From assembly GCA_965207035.1 (NCBI GenBank), contig OZ242259.1, positions 668,502-732,501 of the forward strand: a DNA stretch of 64,000 nt, in the 5' to 3' direction. This document shows, one piece after another, positions 1 through 8,400 of this stretch (the stretch's first letter is position 1; each line of letters opens with the position of its first letter). The position numbers were made by a program, and so were the translations under genes. Under the pieces are notes generated by a model. The model was not told the origin of the DNA. It searched no databases and saw nothing but the letters and a program-made list of their open reading frames with translations. This stretch comes from Bryobacterales bacterium. GTDB lineage: Bacteria; Acidobacteriota; Terriglobia; Bryobacterales; UBA6623.

Positions 1-1480
1 CCCAGAAGAAAAGAATGTCGAATCCAGTGTTGAGAAGCGAGGTCGGATAGAAGGTCTTGAGGTCGTCGGTCTCGTCCGGCCAGCCCATGGTCGAGAAGGG
101 CCACAGACCCGAACTGAACCAGGTGTCGAGGACATCGGATTCCCGGTGAGTGATTGCCTGCCCGCGGCGCGCCGCCTTCGCCTCGGCTTCCTCGACGGAA
201 CGCGCGACGACGAACGATCCGTCGGTCAAGTGCCAAGCCGGTATCTGGTGGCCCCACCATAGCTGCCGCGAGATGCACCAGTCCCGGATGTTGCGCATCC
301 ACTCGAAATAGTTGCGCTGCCACTGATCGGGAACGATCTCGGTCTGTCCTTCCTCCACGGCCTTGATTGCCGCGGCGGCCAGCGTCTTCGTGCGCACAAA
401 CCATTGGGTGGAAACTCTGGGTTCCACCGCGAGCCCTGATCGCTGGCTGCGCCCAATGTTGTTGGTGTACTCTTCGATCTTGTGGACCAGGCCCAGTGCC
501 TGGAGGTCCGCGACCACGCGCTTGCGGGCCTCGTATCGATCCATGCCCGTGTACTTTCCGCCGCGATCGTTGATGCGTGCTTCCTCGTCCAGTACGGTGA
601 TGCACTCCAGACCGTGGCGCTGGCCGGCCGCAAAGTCATTCGGATCGTGCGCGGGTGTGACTTTGACAATCCCGGTGCCGAATTCGGGATCGACGAATTC
701 GTCGCAGATCACCGGCAGTTCGCGGCCGACGAGCGGCAAGGTAACGATCTTGCCGTGCAGGTGTCGGAAGCGAGGGTCGTCGGGATGAACGGCGACTGCG
801 GTGTCCCCGAGCATGGTCTCGGGGCGAGTGGTGGCGACGACGACAAACTCGCCAGGCGAGCCGTTGACTGGATAGCGGAGGTGCCAGAGCGAACCCTGCT
901 GGCTCTCGTACTCCACCTCCAGGTCAGAAATCGCGGTGAGTGTCCCGGGATCCCAGTTCACCATGTACTCGCCGCGGTAAATGAGGCCCCGTTCGTAGAG
1001 TCGGACGAAACACTCCCTGACCGCCCGCGAAAGCCCCGTATCCATCGTGAATCGCTCGCGCGTCCAGTCGCAGCTTGCGCCGACCCGCTTGAGTTGGCCG
1101 ACAATCCTGTCTCCGTAAGTCTCCTTCCACGCCCACACATGCTCGAGAAACGTTTCGCGTCCGATCGCACGCCTGTCGACCCCTTCCTCGGCCAGCTGGC
1201 GCTCGACGAGCATTTGGGTTGCGATGCCGGCGTGGTCGGTGCCCGGCAGCCAGAGAACGCTATTCCCCTTCATTCGCTCCCAGCGCATAGTGATGTCAAC
1301 TTGGGATGTCTCGAACATATGCCCCATGTGCAGCGCACCGGTTACGTTTGGCGGCGGGATGACGAGCGAGAATACCGGCTTGGCTGAGGATGCGTCGGCC
1401 CGGAATAGTCCTTCGCTGACCCACCACTCGGCCCACGCGGGTTCGATCCGCGATGGGTCATAGGCTTTATCCAATTGCAT
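1..1480 (-). CDS. valS: Valine--tRNA ligase, 5' part (runs off left edge)
   Basis: Manual translation of minus strand from ATG at 1480: MQLDKAYDPSRIEP..., HIGH-type motif PPPNVTGALHMGH, WCISRQLWWGHQIP and DVLDTWFSSGLWPF. Not called as one ORF in the track because it has no stop in the window. Confidence 0.96.
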   Translation of the reverse strand, partial: MQLDKAYDPSRIEPAWAEWWVSEGLFRADASSAKPVFSLVIPPPNVTGALHMGHMFETSQVDITMRWERMKGNSVLWLPGTDHAGIATQMLVERQLAEEGVDRRAIGRETFLEHVWAWKETYGDRIVGQLKRVGASCDWTRERFTMDTGLSRAVRECFVRLYERGLIYRGEYMVNWDPGTLTAISDLEVEYESQQGSLWHLRYPVNGSPGEFVVVATTRPETMLGDTAVAVHPDDPRFRHLHGKIVTLPLVGRELPVICDEFVDPEFGTGIVKVTPAHDPNDFAAGQRHGLECITVLDEEARINDRGGKYTGMDRYEARKRVVADLQALGLVHKIEEYTNNIGRSQRSGLAVEPRVSTQWFVRTKTLAAAAIKAVEEGQTEIVPDQWQRNYFEWMRNIRDWCISRQLWWGHQIPAWHLTDGSFVVARSVEEAEAKAARRGQAITHRESDVLDTWFSSGLWPFSTMGWPDETDDLKTFYPTSLLNTGFDILFFW

Positions 1481-1625
1481 TGATTCTTGTGGCGGGGAAG
1501 ACGGTATTCCCAATGTACACCAAGCCTTACGGCCGTGATTGGGACAGGTCGCCAAGCACATACCGCCGACCGGTGAACGGGACTTTCACGCCCGCAACGA
1601 CCGTAGCGGGGATATCATGGAGGGC

Positions 1626-2531
1626 ATGCCACGCCCGATGGACGTGTACGAGGAATTGGTTCAACTGCGCCGTTCCGGAGAAAAGTGCGCCGTTGCCACG
1701 ATTGTTGAAGTGGCTGGCTCGATCCCGAGTTTCCAGAGCGCCAAGATGCTTATCCGGCAGGACGGTACCATGGTGGGCACGATCGGAGGGGGCTGCACTG
1801 AGGCCGAGGTGTGGCAGGCGGCGCGAGATGTCATCGAGACCGAAAAGCCTCGCATGCTGCAATTCCATCTCGGCCAAGATGCCGCATACGACAATGGTCT
1901 GATTTGCGGCGGGCAGCTGAACGTCTACGTGGAACCTATACTCCCGGTACCGAATGCCTTGATCTTCGGAGCGGGCCATATATCGAAGAGCCTGTCGAAG
2001 GTTGCCACGCTCGCCGGATTCGCCACCACGATCGTGGACAATCGGGAAACCTACGCCAATCGGGAGCGATTCCCGGAGGCGGTCGAGGTCGTCGCCGAGG
2101 AGTACGAAGACGTGTTTCCCAGGCTTCCGACGAACGATTCAACCTATGCAATCATCGTCACCCGTGGCCACAAGGATGACATGCGTGTGCTCAAGTGGGC
2201 TGTTTCTCAGCCATTGCGCTATGTCGGGATGATCGGTTCCAAGCGCAAGACCCTCGAAGTTGCTAAGCATCTCCGTCGTGAAGGCGTCACCTTGGACAGC
2301 TTGGCCAGGATCCATGCTCCGATGGGCCTGGATATTGGCGCAGTTACTCCGGAGGAGATTGCAGTGGCGGTCGTCGCCGAGATGATTCGGCGCCGCCGCC
2401 ACTCCGAGCAGGGCTGGACCCCTCTCTCGAAATCGATTTTCGCCGCCGGCATTCCTCGAACCCTGGCGAATCTTGGACACGGCGGAGAGGAGCCTGTCAA
2501 CAGGGGCGAAGCGGTCGCCAAGCGTCTGTGA
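1626..2531 (+). CDS. xdhC: XdhC/CoxF-family molybdoenzyme maturation factor
   Basis: GTIGGGC, GLICGG, IFGAGHI, TRGHKDD, YVGMIGSKRK, PMGLDIGAVTPEEIAVA motifs. Start uncertain (1626 or 1638). Confidence 0.9.
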   Translation: MPRPMDVYEELVQLRRSGEKCAVATIVEVAGSIPSFQSAKMLIRQDGTMVGTIGGGCTEAEVWQAARDVIETEKPRMLQFHLGQDAAYDNGLICGGQLNVYVEPILPVPNALIFGAGHISKSLSKVATLAGFATTIVDNRETYANRERFPEAVEVVAEEYEDVFPRLPTNDSTYAIIVTRGHKDDMRVLKWAVSQPLRYVGMIGSKRKTLEVAKHLRREGVTLDSLARIHAPMGLDIGAVTPEEIAVAVVAEMIRRRRHSEQGWTPLSKSIFAAGIPRTLANLGHGGEEPVNRGEAVAKRL

Positions 2532-3115
2532 GTTCTACTGGCCTCATATTGGCCGCCGGCCGGTCCTCGAGGATGGGGCGTGACAAGGCGTTGCTTGCCT
2601 ACCGTGGAAAAACATTCCTGAACCATTTGATCCACCTGGCGCTACCCCGCGTCGAGTCGCTTGTCGTCGTGCTAGGGCACAACGAGCAGTTGATTTCCGA
2701 GTCCCTGCCGAGTTCCCAGCGGATCAGTGTTGTCGTCAACCGCGACTACGACCGAGGCATGCTTTCTTCTCTGCAGAAAGGCTTGGAATCAACGGCCGCT
2801 GACGCGGAATGGATTCTATGGATGCTCGTCGATCATCCTGCGGTACGGGGCCGCACGCTGGATGCACTGATCGCATCAACGAGCCATACGCCCGCGCCGC
2901 TTGTGATACCCCGGTTCAACGGGGACCGCGGCCATCCAATTATGGTGTCACGGCGCGTCGCGGAGCGGATGCTGCAGTTGGATCAGAGCGCGAGCCCGCA
3001 AGATGTCGTGCGGTCTCACTATGCCGAGACACGATTCGTTGACGTCGACGATGCCGGGGTGATACTGGATGTCGACCGGCCCATCGACTATCGCGGGCTG
3101 GGGGCAACCGGCTAG
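2528..3115 (+). CDS. mocA: Molybdenum cofactor cytidylyltransferase-like nucleotidyltransferase (MocA/NTP_transf_3)
   Basis: ILAAGRSSRMGRDKALL, GMLSSL, LVDHP, GHP, DVD motifs; GTGA overlap with xdhC. Confidence 0.82.
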   Translation: MSSTGLILAAGRSSRMGRDKALLAYRGKTFLNHLIHLALPRVESLVVVLGHNEQLISESLPSSQRISVVVNRDYDRGMLSSLQKGLESTAADAEWILWMLVDHPAVRGRTLDALIASTSHTPAPLVIPRFNGDRGHPIMVSRRVAERMLQLDQSASPQDVVRSHYAETRFVDVDDAGVILDVDRPIDYRGLGATG

Positions 3116-3152
3116 GGCGCTTGCAAGGCTCGAAATCAGGGTGCCCTCCGCG

Positions 3153-4727
3153 TCATGCCCGTGACGCGTTGGGCAATTCGGTTGGCGGCAGAGATCCCTG
3201 CCAGCCTTCTCGAAGCATGTGCGAGAGCCCATTGACGAGGGAGGCGTACTCAGGCCGGTTCGCGATATTCCGCGACTCGACCGGCGCCTCCTTGTAGTCG
3301 TAGAGTTCGAGGGTGCTGTAGGGGCTGTCGATCCCAGACCACTGCGTGTAACGGTGGCGGTCCGTTCGCATCGAGTGTCCCATGCCTGGCCCCACGCCAG
3401 GAATTGTGCGCGGATGCTGGCTGTAGACCGCGCGCTTCCAGAGTCGTTGGGGGTCGTCGAACAGACCACGCCAACTCGAGCCTTCAAGCCCCGCAGGCCT
3501 CGGAACCTGGCACAAGGAGCAAAAGGAAGGAAACAGATCGACCAACTCGACAAGCGCCTCGGTCTTGCGGCCCGCGTTTTTTTCTCCGGGGGCGCGCACC
3601 ACGAGGGGAGTGTGTGTCGCGGCATCGAAGTTGGAGTGCTTGTTCCAGAGTCCGTGTTCCCCAAGATGGGATCCGCTGACACCCACAACTGCCACCACCG
3701 TAGATTTCGACAAACCGTGCCGATCCAGAGCGTCGAGCAAGACGCCGATCTGCGCGTCGGTGAAACTGACGCAAGCCCGGTAGGCTCGGATCAGCTCCTT
3801 TGCTTTGGATTCAGGAATCGGACCTTCACTCGGAATGTCATCGAATCCCCGAATTCCGCGAGAGTCGTGCAGGGCGAATGCGGGCACGTCGAGTGGGGGC
3901 TCGGGAGACTCCGGGCCGCCCCAGGTGCCGATCGGATAGAGATCGAAGTAGCCACTTGGCGCGACCAGAGGGAAGTAGGGCCGCGCGAACGAGACCGCGA
4001 TCAAGAATCGTTGATCCTTGAATTCCCCGACCGCAGTTGCTGCTGCCCGGGCGATCTTGCCATCCGGCAAATCTGCATCCGCAACGCTCGCGGCCTCCCA
4101 ACTCCTCGGCGATCCCCCCAAGGCCGCCGGTGATGCCTGCGATGGCGATTCGGAAGAAGGCGTGTCCCCGATCCAAGCGTTCGCTACCAATCGCCTCCAA
4201 TTGGAATCTGCAAGGTCGCTCCCCTCGGAACTGCCCCATGCCGGCCCGCCAGGCACCCACGGAACCACGGTCCATGATCGTGGGTCCTCCAAAGCGGGGA
4301 TTCCGAACACGGGACCGAAGGCGGTTGTCGTGTAGCCGAGGCTCCTGAAGTGCTCCGGCAACGTCACAGCATTCGGCAGTGCGCGCCGGAAATGAACACG
4401 GTCGTCATAGACGCGAGTTGTATCCGGCCTTAGCCCCGTGAGGAGTGAAGTTCGCGAAGGCCCGCTCGCCGCTTGCTGGCAATAGTTGCGCAGGAACGTC
4501 AAACCCGTGTCAGCCAGACGGTCGATGTGGGGGGTCTTCGCCTTCGCGCTGCCAAAGCAGCCCAATTGTGTACGGAGATCCGGAACCAAGACCAGCAACA
4601 CGTTGCGGCCCTCCCGGATACTACGGCCCTGCTGGGCCAATGTTCGTCTTGCGCCGCCCGTCGCGGTCAGGTATGCGCTGCCCTTTAGGAGGAATTCTCG
4701 GCGAGACGATGGCGAGTCGGCTTTCAC
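3153..4727 (-). CDS. Tat-exported iduronate-sulfatase-like protein with degenerate active site
   Basis: SSRREFL Tat motif; scaffold motifs KTPHIDRLA, PSRTSLLTG, VTLPEHF, HLGEHGLWNKH; several catalytic positions substituted (see findings). Confidence 0.85.
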   Translation of the reverse strand: MKADSPSSRREFLLKGSAYLTATGGARRTLAQQGRSIREGRNVLLVLVPDLRTQLGCFGSAKAKTPHIDRLADTGLTFLRNYCQQAASGPSRTSLLTGLRPDTTRVYDDRVHFRRALPNAVTLPEHFRSLGYTTTAFGPVFGIPALEDPRSWTVVPWVPGGPAWGSSEGSDLADSNWRRLVANAWIGDTPSSESPSQASPAALGGSPRSWEAASVADADLPDGKIARAAATAVGEFKDQRFLIAVSFARPYFPLVAPSGYFDLYPIGTWGGPESPEPPLDVPAFALHDSRGIRGFDDIPSEGPIPESKAKELIRAYRACVSFTDAQIGVLLDALDRHGLSKSTVVAVVGVSGSHLGEHGLWNKHSNFDAATHTPLVVRAPGEKNAGRKTEALVELVDLFPSFCSLCQVPRPAGLEGSSWRGLFDDPQRLWKRAVYSQHPRTIPGVGPGMGHSMRTDRHRYTQWSGIDSPYSTLELYDYKEAPVESRNIANRPEYASLVNGLSHMLREGWQGSLPPTELPNASRA

Positions 4728-4806
4728 GGGCTAGTTCCATCCCCGCCCTCGGGCTTTGACCGCGAGGCGCTCTCTCCAATCCGCGTTCTCGCGGTACGGG
4801 CGGACG

Positions 4807-5139
4807 TCAGGTAACGTGCGTGTCGAGTGTTGCAGCGAGCCGCGATTCCGGGACCGATCCCACGATTTGCTCGACGGGCTGGCCCCCCTTGAAGAGCAGC
4901 ATTGTGGGGATCCCGCGCACATTGAATCGCTGTGCCGCAGCCGGATGATGGTCGACATCCAGCTTGCCGATCTTGATCTTGCCGGCGTATTTCTCGGCAA
5001 GCGAATCGATGACAGGAGCCATCTGGCGGCACGGACCGCACCAAGTAGCCCAGAAATCGACCAAGACAGGCTGATCGGACTGCAAAACTTGGGCGTCGAA
5101 GTCTGAATCGGTAAACGTAAGCGTATGGGAGCCGGCCAT
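4807..5139 (-). CDS. trxA: Thioredoxin
   Basis: VLVDFWATWCGPC, VRGIPT; GGAGG Shine-Dalgarno upstream. Confidence 0.96.
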   Translation of the reverse strand: MAGSHTLTFTDSDFDAQVLQSDQPVLVDFWATWCGPCRQMAPVIDSLAEKYAGKIKIGKLDVDHHPAAAQRFNVRGIPTMLLFKGGQPVEQIVGSVPESRLAATLDTHVT

Positions 5140-5201
5140 CGGTGTCCTCCAGAAGAACGAAGTTTCAGCGTAGCAGAACTCGGGACCTAGGGCTTCCGTC
5201 G

Positions 5202-7808
5202 TCAGTCATCCAGCCGTTGCTGCCATTCGTCCAGCAAGGAAATGGCCTCAATGGGAGTCAGCCTGTCTAGATCGAGGTGGCGTAGCTCCTCCAGGATCGT
5301 GTCCGGCAATGGCTCGAAGATGCTTCCCTGGCGCTCCTTGGCCGAGACCGGCGTGGCATCCGCCGCGATTTCCCCGTCGCGTTCGTGCTCCGCAAGGACC
5401 GCGCGAGCGCGCTCAATTACGGCAGGGGGCAAGCCGGCGAGGCGGGCCACTTCGATACCGTAGCTCTTGTCTGCGTTGCCCGGTTGGATTCGACGCAGGA
5501 ACACGAGCTGGTCTCCCGTCTGACGAGCCGACACGTGCAAGTTGAATATCCCATCATGCGCGCTTGGCAAGGCGGTCAACTCGTGATAGTGGGTTGCGAA
5601 GAGGGTTTTCGCGCGAACCTTGGCGTGAATGTGCTCGACTACGGCCCAGGCTATTGCCAGTCCGTCAAACGTTGCAGTGCCGCGGCCGATCTCATCCAGC
5701 AAGACCAAGCTGCGCTCGGTTGCCATGTTCAGGATTTGCGCGGTCTCGGTCATTTCGACCATGAATGTCGACCGCCCGAGTGACAGGTTGTCGCTCGCCC
5801 CGATCCGCGTGAAGATCCGGTCGATCAGCGGAAGGATGGCCTTGCGGGCCGGAACGAACGAACCGGTCTGGGCCATGATCGCAGTGAGCGCGATCTGCCG
5901 CAGGTAGGTCGACTTGCCGCCCATGTTGGGTCCCGTGATGACTGCCAGTAGATGCTTTTCGTTGTCCAAGTACGCATCGTTCTCGATGAAGCGCTCGCCG
6001 AGGTCGTGCTCAAGCATTCGTTCAACAACCGGGTGCCGCCCCGCCTCGATCTGAAGCTCGCCTGTCACCGAGAATCGAGGACGGCTATAGTCGTATTCGA
6101 CCGCGACCTCCGACAGCCCCCGAAGCACATCAAGCTCAGCCACGGCAGATGCCGCCTCGCGGATGCGTGGGGCCCGAGGCAGTATTTCCAATCGCAGTTG
6201 CTGGAGGAGAGCAGCTTCCCGCTGTTTGATGCGGTCCTCGGCGTCCAATACCTTGGCCTCGAGTTCCTTGAGCTCGACTGTCGTGAATCGCTCGGCGTTC
6301 ACTAGCGTTTGCTTGCGGTCGAAGCGCTCCGGAACCTTGGCTAGGTTCGCTTTCGAGACCTCGATGAAAAAGCCGAAGACATTGTTGTAGCGAACCTTGA
6401 GCGAATCGATCTGGGTGGTCTCGCGCTCACGTCGCTCCAGCTGGGCAATAAAGGATCTGCTGCCTTGCTGGATCTCCCGGAGCTCGTCGAGTTCGGGGTC
6501 GAAGCCCGCAGCAATGGCGCCGCCGTCGCCGGCGGTGACTGGGGGCTCCTCGGCAAGCGTCTCAGTTATCAATTCCGCGATATCCTCAAGACCGCCCATT
6601 GTTTTCAGCACTGAGTGAATGCGCGAGCCGGGCAGTCCAGAGGCTAGTTTCACGAGGGTCGGGATGCGGCGCAGTGAACTTCCAAGGTGGAACGTTTCGC
6701 GAGGGCCGGCCGAGCCAAGTGTGACCCTGGCCAGGAGCCGCTCGATGTCGTGAAGCTGCTTGAGCTCGCGGTGGAGTTCGGATCGGCTGATCGTGTCGCC
6801 GAACAGTCCCGAGACAGCTTCGAGACGCAATTCGATTTCGCGGACATCGAGACTCGGCCTCCGTATCCAACTGCGTAGGAGCCGCGCCCCCATCGGCGTG
6901 GCGGTACGGTCCATGGCCGACAGCAGCGTAGCGCGCTGCTCTTGATGCTGGGAATTGAACAACTCGAGATGTTGCGTAGTGACGGGGTCGAGCATCATCC
7001 GGTCGTGTTGCTCGAAATAGGCAGGTCGAGCGAGGTGCGGTAGCGCAGAGCGCTGAGTCTCCGTCAGATAGTGGAGCAGCGCCCCGGACGCTGCAACGGC
7101 GAGAGGGTGATCCTCAAGGCCCAGACCCTCGATTGTGTGCAGTTTAAAGGCATCCCGCAGCAACCGCGAGGCGTAGTCGTGGTCGAACACCCAGGACTCG
7201 ACTTCAGTCTCGATGTACGGAGGTTCCGGCCGAACAGGGTGATTGCCTGACGACGGGTCGAACAGCTTGCCGCTCGTGGCGCGCAATACTTCCTTGGCCC
7301 CGATTGAACCCAGCATGTCCTCCACTTCCGAGACCGCCAGTTCGGTTGCCCGAAACTCTCCCGTTGAGACATCGACATAGGCCAGGCCCGTTCTGCCGTC
7401 GCGCTCATGGACAGCTGCGAGGTAGTTGTTCTGGCCCGACTTGAGAAGGTTCAGATCGCTCGCCGTTCCCGGTGAGAGCACGCGAACGATTTCCCGGCGG
7501 ACGAGTCCACGGGACTTGGCCGAAGCTTCAACCTGGTCGCAAATGGCGATCCGGTGGCCCTTGTCGAGGAGCTTGGCGAGGTAAGCGTCTGCCGAATGCA
7601 CGGGAACCCCGCACATCGGGATCGCCTCGCCCTTGCCATTCCGACGCTTCGTGAGGGTGATGCTGAGATCCGCCGAAGCGGTGACAGCATCCTCGAAGAA
7701 CAACTCGAAGAAATCGCCGAGACGGAAGAAAAGTAGGCAGTCTGGGTACTCCTGCTTGGCAGAGTGATACTGCTGCATCACAGGAGTTGTGGATGCGCTA
7801 GGGGCCAT
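5202..7808 (-). CDS. mutS: DNA mismatch repair protein MutS
   Basis: TPVMQQY, FRLGDFFELFFEDA, Walker A GPNMGGKSTYLRQ, STFMVEM, LDEIGRGT, FATHYHELT, SYGIEVA. Start trimmed to ATG 7808. Confidence 0.97.
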   Translation of the reverse strand: MAPSASTTPVMQQYHSAKQEYPDCLLFFRLGDFFELFFEDAVTASADLSITLTKRRNGKGEAIPMCGVPVHSADAYLAKLLDKGHRIAICDQVEASAKSRGLVRREIVRVLSPGTASDLNLLKSGQNNYLAAVHERDGRTGLAYVDVSTGEFRATELAVSEVEDMLGSIGAKEVLRATSGKLFDPSSGNHPVRPEPPYIETEVESWVFDHDYASRLLRDAFKLHTIEGLGLEDHPLAVAASGALLHYLTETQRSALPHLARPAYFEQHDRMMLDPVTTQHLELFNSQHQEQRATLLSAMDRTATPMGARLLRSWIRRPSLDVREIELRLEAVSGLFGDTISRSELHRELKQLHDIERLLARVTLGSAGPRETFHLGSSLRRIPTLVKLASGLPGSRIHSVLKTMGGLEDIAELITETLAEEPPVTAGDGGAIAAGFDPELDELREIQQGSRSFIAQLERRERETTQIDSLKVRYNNVFGFFIEVSKANLAKVPERFDRKQTLVNAERFTTVELKELEAKVLDAEDRIKQREAALLQQLRLEILPRAPRIREAASAVAELDVLRGLSEVAVEYDYSRPRFSVTGELQIEAGRHPVVERMLEHDLGERFIENDAYLDNEKHLLAVITGPNMGGKSTYLRQIALTAIMAQTGSFVPARKAILPLIDRIFTRIGASDNLSLGRSTFMVEMTETAQILNMATERSLVLLDEIGRGTATFDGLAIAWAVVEHIHAKVRAKTLFATHYHELTALPSAHDGIFNLHVSARQTGDQLVFLRRIQPGNADKSYGIEVARLAGLPPAVIERARAVLAEHERDGEIAADATPVSAKERQGSIFEPLPDTILEELRHLDLDRLTPIEAISLLDEWQQRLDD

Positions 7809-7893
7809 CCGGAATCGCAACTGGAATCTTCCAATCATATACCGCATGGCGAGTGCGGCCGGAGTTGCGCTGTAATGGGTCTGGGTTCCCACA

Positions 7894-8400
7894 ATGGACA
7901 CTTCCTTTCCTTCTCTGGCCAAAGTCATTGTCCCGGCGGCCTTCGTGGGCGTCGCGGCGGCCGCAGCGGTTGGGGGCTTCTCGTACGGGCGTGCTACGGC
8001 GCTGCCCGACACGCGTAGGATCGAAGGCGTGTGGGAAGTGACCTCCGTGCGCAATCTCACAAGAGGTGAGGTGCAACCCCACCGTCGGGAGTTCCACCTC
8101 TTTGGCAAGACCCATCAGATGGTTGTACTCGCCGGCGAGGGGCGACCTAGGCTCACGAAGTCGCTGAGCGACATGAATCCCGATGAGTTCGAGAGCCAGC
8201 AGCCGATCGGGGCCGGGTTCTATCGCTATGAGTTGGAAAATGGAAAGATCACTCGCACCAACATCGCAGCTCTCTCCGCCTACTACGAAGGCCGAACATT
8301 CCCGGGTGAAATTGAGTTCGTAGGGGATTCTCTGATGCTCCGCGACAGTCACTCGGCTGACGGCGACGAACGTGAATGGAGCATGCGGCGCGTCCAATGA
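7894..8400 (+). CDS. Hypothetical exported protein, lipocalin-like beta-barrel
   Basis: N-terminal hydrophobic helix, IEGVWEV (GxW lipocalin-like motif), GFYRYELENG; fits the gap between mutS and the TonB receptor. Confidence 0.6.
   Translation: MDTSFPSLAKVIVPAAFVGVAAAAAVGGFSYGRATALPDTRRIEGVWEVTSVRNLTRGEVQPHRREFHLFGKTHQMVVLAGEGRPRLTKSLSDMNPDEFESQQPIGAGFYRYELENGKITRTNIAALSAYYEGRTFPGEIEFVGDSLMLRDSHSADGDEREWSMRRVQ

Noticed and set aside
482-1387. Long shadow ORFs (e.g. 482..1387+, 34875..36320-, 49407..50801-, 52195..53841-)
   Set aside because: They are antisense to well-supported genes, lack motifs, and are expected from high-GC codon bias.
1626-3115. xdhC-mocA as maturation genes for the formate dehydrogenase
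   Set aside because: XdhC and MocA serve MCD-type xanthine-oxidase-family enzymes, whereas FDH uses bis-MGD; the loci are also over 30 kb apart.
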